This document shows, piece after piece, positions 47,601 through 57,006 of a stretch of 64,000 nt of DNA; the first letter of the stretch is position 1; each line of letters opens with the position of its first letter. Origin of the DNA: Oopsacas minuta (Eukaryota > Animalia > Porifera); NCBI GenBank assembly GCA_024704765.1, contig JAKMXF010000354.1, positions 543,690-607,689 on the forward strand, given 5' to 3'. The notes under the pieces were generated by a model. That model had not been told where the DNA came from and made no database searches. It saw only the letters and a program-made list of their open reading frames with translations. Made by a program: the position numbers and the translations under genes.

Positions 47601-50600
47601 TATTCGGTCTACTCAATGCTGTTTATGTTTTGAAAGGAGAATCTGTGCAGTTCTTTCAATGTCTTGTACAACACATTTCTCTAATGCACTTAATCACAGA
47701 GAGTTTTCCATCGGAAATTGAGTGTGGGATGAAATCCAGCTTTCTACTAACCTCTCTTACACAAGCTATTGTAAGATGTTTATGTGCTTTTGATGATAAT
47801 CTTATAAAACTAGGAAAGCAAACAATTTTATTAATTTTGGAAACTATAATGCCGCTGTTAAATGAGAAAGAACAATTTAGTGAATTAGGATTCTTTGAAG
47901 AGCTAGCACATAACCTTACAATATGTTGCTACAAGCTAGTTTGGTTTGAGAAGAGAGGAGCTTGTGTGGGGATTGAAATGTTGACAGAGAGATTATCTAC
48001 AAAATGGGTTATACAGCATCAGGTCTTATTCTTAAAAGGTCTATTTAATCTCATTGGTAGTCTAGATGAAGAGATTACATACGGGATAATACAGCTAGCT
48101 AGTCAGCTAGTGTACTCTGTTATTGATAGATGTAACTCTCCTCTATCTGCTACAGAGCTCAGTATTACTGAATTACAACAACAGTACCAGGAATGTGTTG
48201 TAGAGCTACTGACTAGAGAGATATGTTCTCCTAACAAATATCTAAGAAAGATCGTATTTAGATCTCTGAATCTTCTATCTTTAATTATCCCAAACACTAC
48301 AGTCACTACTCTACTAATCACTCACAAACAAATTATTCATGAGTATTTTTCATTTCAAGAATCTCCACTTAGAATTCTACCTAAGTCAGTTCAGATCGGT
48401 TTTCTTGATGGATTCTACTTCTGTAGCTCACAGAACCCTCGGGTATATTCAATAGACACCACTAACATACTACATAACACATTTATTAATGACTTGTTCG
48501 TGTTGTGTGATTGTGAAGAACTCGTGGTTAATAAGCCACAGAAGACAGATATCGTAAATCAAGAATTGATAAAATCAGGTCTTTACGCACTTACTGTATT
48601 GTGCTACTATCCTGGCCTTAGAGAGAATATATTTAAAATTTTGTGTAAATTTATCCGACATGGTAATCCTGATTTAATGGAGGATGCCAAGACTTGTATG
48701 CAAATGTTCCTACAAGATCATCACGATCAAAAGCTAGCTCATGATGGTCTACGGGGATTCTTAAATAGCATACTACGAGTACATGCCAGTCTCACACCCC
48801 CATTACTACAGAGATTAACTTGCATGATTAGTTTATTTCCAGCTTCCTTCAATGAGAAATTCTGTAATCAACTCCTGAATCCTATCACTAACCATTTGAG
48901 TAGTCTACTCAGTACTCAGAATAGGGGACATCAAGTAGAACTAGAGAAAACTATTTTAATAATTAATATGTTCCACTACCTACCAGCTGCTACCTTCAAA
49001 CACTTTGAAACCATTGTTACAGCTGTTCTACAACTGGATAGACTATTCTCAGGTGAACTTGATAGAAATCTATATGATGCTGTCACTAAATTTGCTCTGA
49101 GCTTCCCAGAACGTACTATGAAGATGTTTATTGATTGTCTGCCATCTAACCCTGACTGTTTCAAACTTTTCTCTTTCTTGATAACTCAAAAGAATAGTCT
49201 AGCATTTCTCAATTACTTGAAAGATTGCAGAGATGATATTTTATGTTTCATGCAAATGAAATCAATGTATAATTGTTCAGAGGAACATTTGAAACACTTT
49301 CATGATCTGACTAGGTACTATGGATACTTTATTTGTGATTGTATTACTCAACAAGATCCCAGCTGGATAACAGAACAACTGGCTATTATATCTTTTATGA
49401 AGGCTGTATGGAAATCTGACAATTTCCATCAAGAGATTGACACCTTCAATAACTCGCCTCTGATATGGAAGATTCCTAAACTATTATCTCAATGTCTAGT
49501 TGCTTATCTCAACGAGACACCTGAAGATACTGATACCCTATTCTATCTGCTGCGAGCGTATGACCATAAATATCTGTGTTCTATGGAGGCACTCAAAACG
49601 TTTATAGATTACAAAGTTGTGGTTAATTATTCTTGTCAGAAGAAGAGAGCTATATTCTTCGCATTTGTTCCCTTATACCGGGACACTACGATAGATAATG
49701 CCTTTAAGTGTAAGGTGTGTACACACATTCTTATTCCAATGATTCGTAGCAGTTTTGAAGATGGACAAGTTGACGAGATTATCGGAGGTCTTCCTTGTCC
49801 CGACGAGGACAGTGAAACCAATATTATTAGTGTATTTATTGGTACTTTTATTGATTGCGATAACTCTATGGTCGAACCAGACAACATCCGTTTGATTCTG
49901 TTACAATTTGCTTGTTTATTCGTTGAATACGGATTCCTTCACATTCACGACCCTACCACCAGAAAACATGGTACTAAACTACGTCAGCTGATGACCTACG
50001 CTTGGCCATGTTTACATATGAAGCGATTCGCTGAACCTTCAATGAAGTATCACGGTCATCTCTTACTTGCTCACATAATATCAAAATTTGCTATTCATCG
50101 AAAGATTGTAATTCAGGTATTCAACAGCTTGCTTGAATCTCATACAGGAGAAGTGATTGGCGTAGCAAAAAAGGCCTTAGACATAATAGTACCTGCACTG
50201 CCTAATCGTATGGAAGATGGACAGACTCTGTTGCTACATTGGACCCGTAAAGTATTGGTAGAGGAGAGTAAGAGTGGTATAATGATGCATGTTATACTCA
50301 TTATAATCCAGCACAATCAGCTATACTACCCAATATACAGAAGTATTATACATTATATGATAGCTGCTATGCAGAAAATATCTTCAGGAATGCCTTCCAA
50401 AGAGAATAGAAAAATTTGTTTAGACATAGCAGAGGTTGTTCTCAAATGGGAATTACTGCGAGCTAAAGATGAAAAGAATTCAAGAGAGGGAGGTACTGTT
50501 TCTGGAGAACAGTACGGAGCTACTGGTATGGAAATAGATCAATATGATAATAGTAATAAATTCAATACAGATTATCAAACAATTGAAGGTGTTGAGCATG

Positions 50601-53600
50601 AAAAATTTTATCTTGAGTTTGTTATGAACTATTTGTTCAAATTTGTTTGTTATAGGGGAGAGCATGGTATAACTGGACCTCAGAACCAATGGGCTAATGA
50701 ACCCCTCTGGAAGAGATGTCTGAACCTATTTAAGAGGGCAATAATGCAACCTGAAATATCTAGAAATGTCACGATAAAAACTCAGTGGTTAGAAAAGTTA
50801 TTCAGTGTTCCTCTGAATGAACAAAATGCTACACTCTATATCCGTACGATACACAGTACTTTAGAACTAGTTGCTAATATTATTGATAAAGTTCCTTTCA
50901 AATCTGTAGTCACTATACTTCAACCGATATCTAAATGTATTACTAAATGTCTAACAAGTTCTTATTCAAAGATTATTCAAGGCATACACGTGTTCTATTC
51001 AAAGCTGCTGCTTGCTTTCCCTCCTAGCTCGAACCAACCCAGTTTTGAGCTGATAAATAGCATATACAGTAATTTCAATGATTTCATAAAAGAGACATTA
51101 TCTGGATTTGAGAAGAATCCTCATTCCATGAACATGTACACTGCACTGCTACTATGTAACACAACTACTGGATCTAACCATCAGTTCGCTGAGACTTTTC
51201 TATCTATCATTGTCAGGATTTTACAAAAGATTATCAAGGACCAATATTCAGTTTCTGGAGAAGCAACGACTCCTGCGCAGGAGGGAAACAATTCAGAAAT
51301 TGCCTCACAAGATATTATTAACCAAATTCTTAACTTAATCTTCCAAATTCTAGATCAACTTATCCTTTCTATGTCTGGCGAGACTAGGAGATTAGTCCTG
51401 AACTCTGTTATTATGATTTGTGAGAATTCTCAGGCTGAAGCTCTGATAGTCAAAGCTCTCGAACATACCAAGCTAATCGTATTCTCCACTGATTCTAGCA
51501 TTGTAGGTCCCTGTTGGAAAGAAAAATCTCAAAACTTACAAAGGATGAAATGTGTAACGAACCGATTCAACAAGAATCATACAATTGCAGATGCATATTT
51601 TGATATTATTTTTGATATTTACAATTCTCAAGATCTCCGCGGCTCACAAGTAGCCACTGACTTAGAAGTACTGTTTCTGCATGGCATGAAGTCTGAGTTC
51701 CCACTTATAAGACAAAAGTTTTTCAACTTATACCAGTCTAATCTAGGTGCTACAGTTTATGATAGACTCATTAATATTTTGATTGGACAGAATTGGAAGA
51801 ACTTTGGTCAATATTATTGGATCAAACATTGTGTACATATAGTTCTGTCAGTTATCAATCAAACTGCCCTGCTGGAAACCTGTGTATTGGTTCAAGATGG
51901 TTACCAACAGGGACCATTGCAATCTCAGTTTAGGTTTAAAGCCAGCTTCAAAGGAGATATGAACTTTGCTCAAAGTCCACCTTCATCAGAGGAATCTCCT
52001 CTATTAGAATCTATAAAAGAGAATTACACGAGTAATTTTGTTAATGCAATAGCAGAGCTGTGTTATCTCAACACACAATTCTGTCATTGGACTTGGATAC
52101 ATCTCTTCCCGATGATTTGGGAAGCTTTTAATCAAAAGGATCGTAACACTCTCTCGTCAGAGATTAGTCCCTTCCTTCTGAGTGGAATTCATCTCTTCCA
52201 AGCTGCCAATTCTGTTTCTGCTCTAGGAACCTTTCTAGAAGCAGTTTCCCTCTCTAATCCGACTTTACAAATGCGACCGCCAGTCCTACACTATCTAGGA
52301 AAGACTCACAATACTCATTACAGAGCAATTATTTGTCTTGAGTCTTTCATGAATACCAACGGAGGTCTACAGCACATTTCAAAGGACCCTAAGAGTATCT
52401 ATGTAGGTACGTATGAGGATGAATTACTGGAACCTTTGAAAATAGAGAGTATAGAGTGTCTGTCACATCTCTATCTCTTGGTTAACGAGGAAGATTTGTG
52501 GGCGGGGCTCTGGAGGAACCACTCTCTCTTCCCAGATACTATATCAGCTGTCTCCTTTGAGAGTCAGGGATTTTATGAAGAGGCACAACGATGTTACGAA
52601 CAGGCTATGGGTAAGGCTGTTGGTGTTCACAACAATGCAAATGCTCCTCCTTCGATTATCCCCGAGTACAAACTTTGGGAGAAGCAATGGATTCGCTGTT
52701 CAAAGGAATTAGGTCAATGGGACTTGCTTAATGATTTTGGTACTTCTCAGGGCGTGGCAGGTAAACCACTTACCATACTACACTCTGCATGGAGATTGGC
52801 GGATTGGAATGCAGTTAAAGAAGCAGTTAATCAGCTGGAAATGTGGAATTTTGAAGATGACGTCATTGACATTAATATTCACAAATGCTATCTCTCTCTA
52901 TGTCAGGATAATACCAGTAATCCTACTGAAATTAAAACCTATGTTGACACAATAACAGACAATGCTATGCGTAAATTCCAGAAGCTACCCCGTGTAATAG
53001 GTCCTATACATATTTCTCTCTTGCGTCTGTCACACAAAGTAGTTGAAGTTAACGAGGCTTCTCAAATTCTAACTTCTCTGCAACAAGTGAATAATGTGGG
53101 ACCTCAGGCACTGGCTGACCTCAAGGTCATCCCGAAAAATTGGAGAGATAGGTTGCCTAACAAGTTTGATGACCTGTCATATTGGAGTGACATTCTCAAT
53201 CTCCGTCAGCACATGTTTAAAGCTATCGTTTCAAATTGTGAAGGATTCACACAGACAATGAGTGATCAACACAGTCCTACCTTAACAGCATTTCATAATT
53301 CTGCTTTTTCATTTGTTAAGTACGCTTCAATAGCTCGTAAACAGGACCTGGTTAATGTGTGTTTGGACGCATTAGTCCGTATTATGAGTATTCCACAAGT
53401 ACAACCACAGGATAAGTTTGTTAAGCAGAAAGAGAAGATAAAATGCTACATCAAAATAGCTCACATTATGAATGAATCTGAGCTACAAGAAGCTGTTGAG
53501 AACATTAGTGCTACAGATGTCACTACATTCACTTCACAATCTAAGTCAGATTTCTTTAGTTACAAAGCTGTTCTACTCTCTCACATAGGAAGAGCTGAGG

Positions 53601-56035
53601 ATGCTAACAACATGTTTAGTGCAGCTATTCAGCTATATGACGATAATACTAATGCCTGGGGGATGTGGGGAGAATATATGGACAAGTTATTTATGCAACA
53701 AGGTGACGAGAACAGGATATCCTACGCTAAATCCGCAATGGCAAGCTATATGCAGAGCTGTAGACAGAGTAAAGTATCCACTAAAACATCTCTTTTCATT
53801 TCACGGATATTCTGGTTACTGCTATATGAAGAGGAAGGGAGGGGGAATCTTGATGAAGTTTTCCAGAACTTTGCATCCGGTATTGCTGTTAAACAATGGA
53901 TATCTTGGATAGAGCAAATTATCAAAACTTCATTTTTAAAGAATAAGCATTTCATGTTAGACTTGCTAATAGAAGTAGCTAAGGTTTACCCTCAGTCAGT
54001 CTATTTCCATTCTCGTGCTGCATACCTCAGTTTACAGCCCCATCTAGATACTCTAATGAATCCAACACTATCCACCAACCCCAGTGGTAGTGGTGATGTT
54101 TCTCTCTCCACACACACAGATGTAAAGACAAATGAACAGAATAACGAGACTCAGCCCTGCTCTAGTACTGATACACTTGTTAACAATGTAGCCATGGATG
54201 AGCAGGAGGAACTTAATTTGGAGAGTTCTACTATTGCAGATGTGTCTATGCCAAGTGAAGATAATGCTATCCCAATAAATACTCCCTATACTCCTAATTC
54301 TCATCCATACCCTCCTCCTCCTCCTAATCTCAATACCCCGATTACTCAAATGCAAGCGATAACCTCACGATTGGAGAAAGTAAACTTGACTATTCTCCTG
54401 AAACACCCAGCTAATTATTTCTCACTCAATGCATTTGCTGACGCAATGACTATTGGTATTCATTGGGAATCTTATCTTCTGACAATTCTAGGAGATCTCC
54501 TACTCTCTTTTAAGAAACTAGCCTTTGAAAATACATCAACTCTAATGACTGCTAAACTCACTCAAGGGCAAGATAACACCATCAATACTCTAATCAGCAT
54601 ATTTAAACAGGGAATAGATTGTAATGAATTACCAGTAGGAGCCATGAGAAACTTCTCTGCCAAACTAAAAGAAGAATTGGACCTCTCAATAGGAGATAAC
54701 CAGCAACTAAAATCAAATTTTCTAAATGACTTTACTCCTCTCTCCTCGCAATCAATTCCTCAAGCTAACATCGTACACAGAGCTATTGCTAATATCCGAA
54801 AATGGATTACAATTCTATCTGACAGACAAAAAGCTCAAACCTTAATTCCATTTGAAACTAGTATGTATAATGTACTATCTAACTTTACTAGTTCTACTAC
54901 TAACCTATCTCTCCCTGGGTTACCTCCTAACTTAGATATGCCAGGTAATACAGTCATTGTAGAGAGATTTTTACATAATTATGATACAGTAGTTAACTCG
55001 CCTGGCATTAGCCTAGCTATTCTAGGACATGATGGCAATATCTACACATACAAATTGGAGGTATACATCTCTCCTACAGATTGTAATCGTGTAGAACGAA
55101 TTAACGAATTACTCGACAGACTCAACCCTTATATTGATAAGACTAAGGAAACTGCGAAAAGATACCTGAAGTACCACCGGCCTTATTGGGCTAAAATCGC
55201 TCCTTGTGTGTCTCTCCTACAAATATCTAACAATAATACAACAACCTTGAATGCAATATTCAATAAATTTACAAAAGCAAATAACCTACCAAAGGAGCCA
55301 TACTTCAATCAATATTACGAATGTGTAATGAAGGATTCTGCAAAGATTGCATCAGAGGGTGATCTATATTATGAGAATTTGTTTTCAGAAATTCAGCGTA
55401 ATTTTTGTCCTAAACATATCCTCAAAGAATGGGCAAAGAAGAGGTTTAGCAATCCAACTGACTATTGGACATTTAGAAGGCAATTTACCAATTACTTATC
55501 TGTTAATAATATTACACAATACGCTCTCTGTCTCACTAGCATTACTCCAGAAAACTTGGAGATTACTTGCAATACCGGCAGTTTCTTTGTATCCAAACAG
55601 ACATTTGATTTGGATACGAAACACACTCCTCCTAATCTGCACTATTCTCATAATATCCCGTTTAGATTGACTCCTAACATTACTCATTTTATTAATGACT
55701 ATAATATTTCTGGGCCAATGCTCTCAAACATGATTGCGATTATTCGTTGTTATGCTCAGCCAAAGTTTGGTATAACAAACTTGCTATGCGTGTATATCTA
55801 TAATGAACTGATGGACTATTATATACAACAGAAATCAGTTGAGTTTTTATCAAGCGATAGAATTTCAATGGAGTTATTTTCACAGGTAACACAATCAGTT
55901 ACATTCCTTGTCAACAGGATTAGCAATCTAGCAAATTTCAATGATGCCAAATCTCCTATAGAGAATTTGATAATAGAATCTCAAGAGGTAGCTCGTCTAG
56001 CTATTGTTTGTCCTACGTGGATTTCATGGCTATAG
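44660..56035 (+). CDS. TRRAP: TRRAP (PIKK pseudokinase; SAGA/TIP60 subunit), single exon, 3791 aa
   Basis: DNEDNAVIC, SLKVLAELPV, GYFYLIKALYRG, MKYHGHLLLAHII, FAT region, NIPFRLTPNI, FATC-like PTWISWL. Confidence 0.95.
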   Translation: MSQLQGSNQSPNALNLLVDTSENFENKLKCIQDTIESLDDTIHSDQYNTFLHNNIPIFFQFLRETEIQFTSDTPQQEARKQIINILYRLPTNDSLKPYSNDILHKVFNLIVNDNEDNAVICVWLIIEHIKYYKPQLSSELQQFLHFTKKVLADLPNLKDELLNYETRIQESNEPSQIAEESKSDVNASRQLTRVYPSHLSLKVLAELPVVLLLAYQCYKPTIEPFIIELIPQLIIAIKLDSQAYIPEPNSKDILIDFISTQVKYVSFLSFFSRSCPEKLTEHATNLVHGVIQMLQNLPSEVILVRKELINATKSLILSDLRVYFLVHVEVLLEERIFLGPNSYEGFRTLYYQCIGDLVYHLKSKLSIFQLRKAVDLFGRAMYEPSYPTLIHQVSVKVMLGLAECLRQKQDEASNRDLLIRMLNMLLLKFQFISEQIVPQLFEQCSGDVTRSTSEAGPSLSISEDKRDDYNEDFSFTSTKRFANKYSVPGYILLSESKSLLKLFVLSVKAIVTALTIQSGSHSFVSIASLKSFPSYEEGVFHNLFESMLRSLELYRLSSTSSGALIIANPKYYLAAVFVTKVKEEKEVFENFAHIFTTLTPSTFKCIISTHINLLIEQIQKNFALQFIPQTFYTQPSTCAIFSSIMLDFLVKRLEEMGSNPNKSELYLKLLKLTFSSIAYFPQENEQLLKPYISPIISKSLTYCKSATDPMGYFYLIKALYRGLGNASEATYNEFRFQLTDLLSTLNKFHSTAQTQHLRDIIVELSLTIPFRSFTIALPYAPYIIYLMRPLVSALDSSSPNYIQMGLKFLDAFLDIVAPNKLFDTFHNLKAPLMCSLYRNLASPDKEISRAVFKILGKFGGNSRNVLKIPQELCYLEPEVCEQHAVLSFSNIPGIVTLPVAKLVQESTQILEEGKLESNYLEAAWHIIHGYLLSIVNSEEIQFVNNITKNSKFVLRNKTHKHTDIITHIFIKEHDHTLNTALFGLLNAVYVLKGESVQFFQCLVQHISLMHLITESFPSEIECGMKSSFLLTSLTQAIVRCLCAFDDNLIKLGKQTILLILETIMPLLNEKEQFSELGFFEELAHNLTICCYKLVWFEKRGACVGIEMLTERLSTKWVIQHQVLFLKGLFNLIGSLDEEITYGIIQLASQLVYSVIDRCNSPLSATELSITELQQQYQECVVELLTREICSPNKYLRKIVFRSLNLLSLIIPNTTVTTLLITHKQIIHEYFSFQESPLRILPKSVQIGFLDGFYFCSSQNPRVYSIDTTNILHNTFINDLFVLCDCEELVVNKPQKTDIVNQELIKSGLYALTVLCYYPGLRENIFKILCKFIRHGNPDLMEDAKTCMQMFLQDHHDQKLAHDGLRGFLNSILRVHASLTPPLLQRLTCMISLFPASFNEKFCNQLLNPITNHLSSLLSTQNRGHQVELEKTILIINMFHYLPAATFKHFETIVTAVLQLDRLFSGELDRNLYDAVTKFALSFPERTMKMFIDCLPSNPDCFKLFSFLITQKNSLAFLNYLKDCRDDILCFMQMKSMYNCSEEHLKHFHDLTRYYGYFICDCITQQDPSWITEQLAIISFMKAVWKSDNFHQEIDTFNNSPLIWKIPKLLSQCLVAYLNETPEDTDTLFYLLRAYDHKYLCSMEALKTFIDYKVVVNYSCQKKRAIFFAFVPLYRDTTIDNAFKCKVCTHILIPMIRSSFEDGQVDEIIGGLPCPDEDSETNIISVFIGTFIDCDNSMVEPDNIRLILLQFACLFVEYGFLHIHDPTTRKHGTKLRQLMTYAWPCLHMKRFAEPSMKYHGHLLLAHIISKFAIHRKIVIQVFNSLLESHTGEVIGVAKKALDIIVPALPNRMEDGQTLLLHWTRKVLVEESKSGIMMHVILIIIQHNQLYYPIYRSIIHYMIAAMQKISSGMPSKENRKICLDIAEVVLKWELLRAKDEKNSREGGTVSGEQYGATGMEIDQYDNSNKFNTDYQTIEGVEHEKFYLEFVMNYLFKFVCYRGEHGITGPQNQWANEPLWKRCLNLFKRAIMQPEISRNVTIKTQWLEKLFSVPLNEQNATLYIRTIHSTLELVANIIDKVPFKSVVTILQPISKCITKCLTSSYSKIIQGIHVFYSKLLLAFPPSSNQPSFELINSIYSNFNDFIKETLSGFEKNPHSMNMYTALLLCNTTTGSNHQFAETFLSIIVRILQKIIKDQYSVSGEATTPAQEGNNSEIASQDIINQILNLIFQILDQLILSMSGETRRLVLNSVIMICENSQAEALIVKALEHTKLIVFSTDSSIVGPCWKEKSQNLQRMKCVTNRFNKNHTIADAYFDIIFDIYNSQDLRGSQVATDLEVLFLHGMKSEFPLIRQKFFNLYQSNLGATVYDRLINILIGQNWKNFGQYYWIKHCVHIVLSVINQTALLETCVLVQDGYQQGPLQSQFRFKASFKGDMNFAQSPPSSEESPLLESIKENYTSNFVNAIAELCYLNTQFCHWTWIHLFPMIWEAFNQKDRNTLSSEISPFLLSGIHLFQAANSVSALGTFLEAVSLSNPTLQMRPPVLHYLGKTHNTHYRAIICLESFMNTNGGLQHISKDPKSIYVGTYEDELLEPLKIESIECLSHLYLLVNEEDLWAGLWRNHSLFPDTISAVSFESQGFYEEAQRCYEQAMGKAVGVHNNANAPPSIIPEYKLWEKQWIRCSKELGQWDLLNDFGTSQGVAGKPLTILHSAWRLADWNAVKEAVNQLEMWNFEDDVIDINIHKCYLSLCQDNTSNPTEIKTYVDTITDNAMRKFQKLPRVIGPIHISLLRLSHKVVEVNEASQILTSLQQVNNVGPQALADLKVIPKNWRDRLPNKFDDLSYWSDILNLRQHMFKAIVSNCEGFTQTMSDQHSPTLTAFHNSAFSFVKYASIARKQDLVNVCLDALVRIMSIPQVQPQDKFVKQKEKIKCYIKIAHIMNESELQEAVENISATDVTTFTSQSKSDFFSYKAVLLSHIGRAEDANNMFSAAIQLYDDNTNAWGMWGEYMDKLFMQQGDENRISYAKSAMASYMQSCRQSKVSTKTSLFISRIFWLLLYEEEGRGNLDEVFQNFASGIAVKQWISWIEQIIKTSFLKNKHFMLDLLIEVAKVYPQSVYFHSRAAYLSLQPHLDTLMNPTLSTNPSGSGDVSLSTHTDVKTNEQNNETQPCSSTDTLVNNVAMDEQEELNLESSTIADVSMPSEDNAIPINTPYTPNSHPYPPPPPNLNTPITQMQAITSRLEKVNLTILLKHPANYFSLNAFADAMTIGIHWESYLLTILGDLLLSFKKLAFENTSTLMTAKLTQGQDNTINTLISIFKQGIDCNELPVGAMRNFSAKLKEELDLSIGDNQQLKSNFLNDFTPLSSQSIPQANIVHRAIANIRKWITILSDRQKAQTLIPFETSMYNVLSNFTSSTTNLSLPGLPPNLDMPGNTVIVERFLHNYDTVVNSPGISLAILGHDGNIYTYKLEVYISPTDCNRVERINELLDRLNPYIDKTKETAKRYLKYHRPYWAKIAPCVSLLQISNNNTTTLNAIFNKFTKANNLPKEPYFNQYYECVMKDSAKIASEGDLYYENLFSEIQRNFCPKHILKEWAKKRFSNPTDYWTFRRQFTNYLSVNNITQYALCLTSITPENLEITCNTGSFFVSKQTFDLDTKHTPPNLHYSHNIPFRLTPNITHFINDYNISGPMLSNMIAIIRCYAQPKFGITNLLCVYIYNELMDYYIQQKSVEFLSSDRISMELFSQVTQSVTFLVNRISNLANFNDAKSPIENLIIESQEVARLAIVCPTWISWL

Positions 56036-56215
56036 TTTGTATACAATTGAATAAACGTTGCGTTTTATCTGCATTTATACTTGATTTTATTAGTGGGTAA
56101 CGTGTTTACAGAGTTAGCAATAGGTGTTAATTCGAAAATAATTTATAGTTCAAATACTATGTATGTACTTTTCTTGTTGTAACACAATTTTTATTGAATT
56201 AATAGAGAATACCAG

Positions 56216-56782
56216 ATGGCTACAGAAGACACTGCTATCATGGGTGTGTTCGAGTTTTGTAAGCTTCTTGGAGTTCTGAAACACTTAGACAGGACCGGGT
56301 GGGTAAGAAAAGGAGTTGATAAGCCAGAGAGTGTTGCAGGACACATGTACCGTATGGCTCTCCTCTCTTTCCTAGCTACTACCGACCCATCCATCGACAG
56401 AAACAAATGTATTAAGCTTAGTTTAGTGCATGACCTCGGTGAGAGCATAGTCGGAGACATAACTCCGCTTGATGGCGTCAGCAAAGAAGAAAAATATAAA
56501 AAGGAGAAATCTGCTATCGAGAGAATATCTAGTTTGTTACCAGAATCAGTAGGTAATGAGATAAGTCAGTTATGGGAGGAATATGAGAAAGGAGAGACTC
56601 CTGAATCTGTGTATGTTAAGGATCTTGATAAATTTGATATGATATTTCAAGCTTACGAATATGAAACAAGTCAAAACATGGATCTCCAGGAATTTTTCAC
56701 TTCCACAGAAGATCTGTTTAGAACAGATCAAGTGAAAAGTTGGGTTGAACAACTTAAACACATACGTGAAACACCTAAATAG
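56216..56782 (+). CDS. HDDC2: HD-domain 5'-deoxynucleotidase
   Basis: LKHLDRTGWV..ESVAGHMYRM..LVHDLGESIVGDITP..VKDLDKFDM. Confidence 0.95.
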   Translation: MATEDTAIMGVFEFCKLLGVLKHLDRTGWVRKGVDKPESVAGHMYRMALLSFLATTDPSIDRNKCIKLSLVHDLGESIVGDITPLDGVSKEEKYKKEKSAIERISSLLPESVGNEISQLWEEYEKGETPESVYVKDLDKFDMIFQAYEYETSQNMDLQEFFTSTEDLFRTDQVKSWVEQLKHIRETPK

Positions 56783-57006
56783 CTAGTTTATAAAATACAA
56801 TTGATACTCTAAATAATTTTGTTAATTAAATAGAGAAATATTATTTCTAATAAATTATGGGTTCTCATTTCAATATACATCATTTCAACAAATTCTTACA
56901 CTCACTGCACATACACATACAGATATTGTATACTGTATACTGTTGTACTATGTTAATTTCAAAGGTATACTTATTAGATTCCAGAAGGGAAGTTGTTCAA
57001 TTTAGC

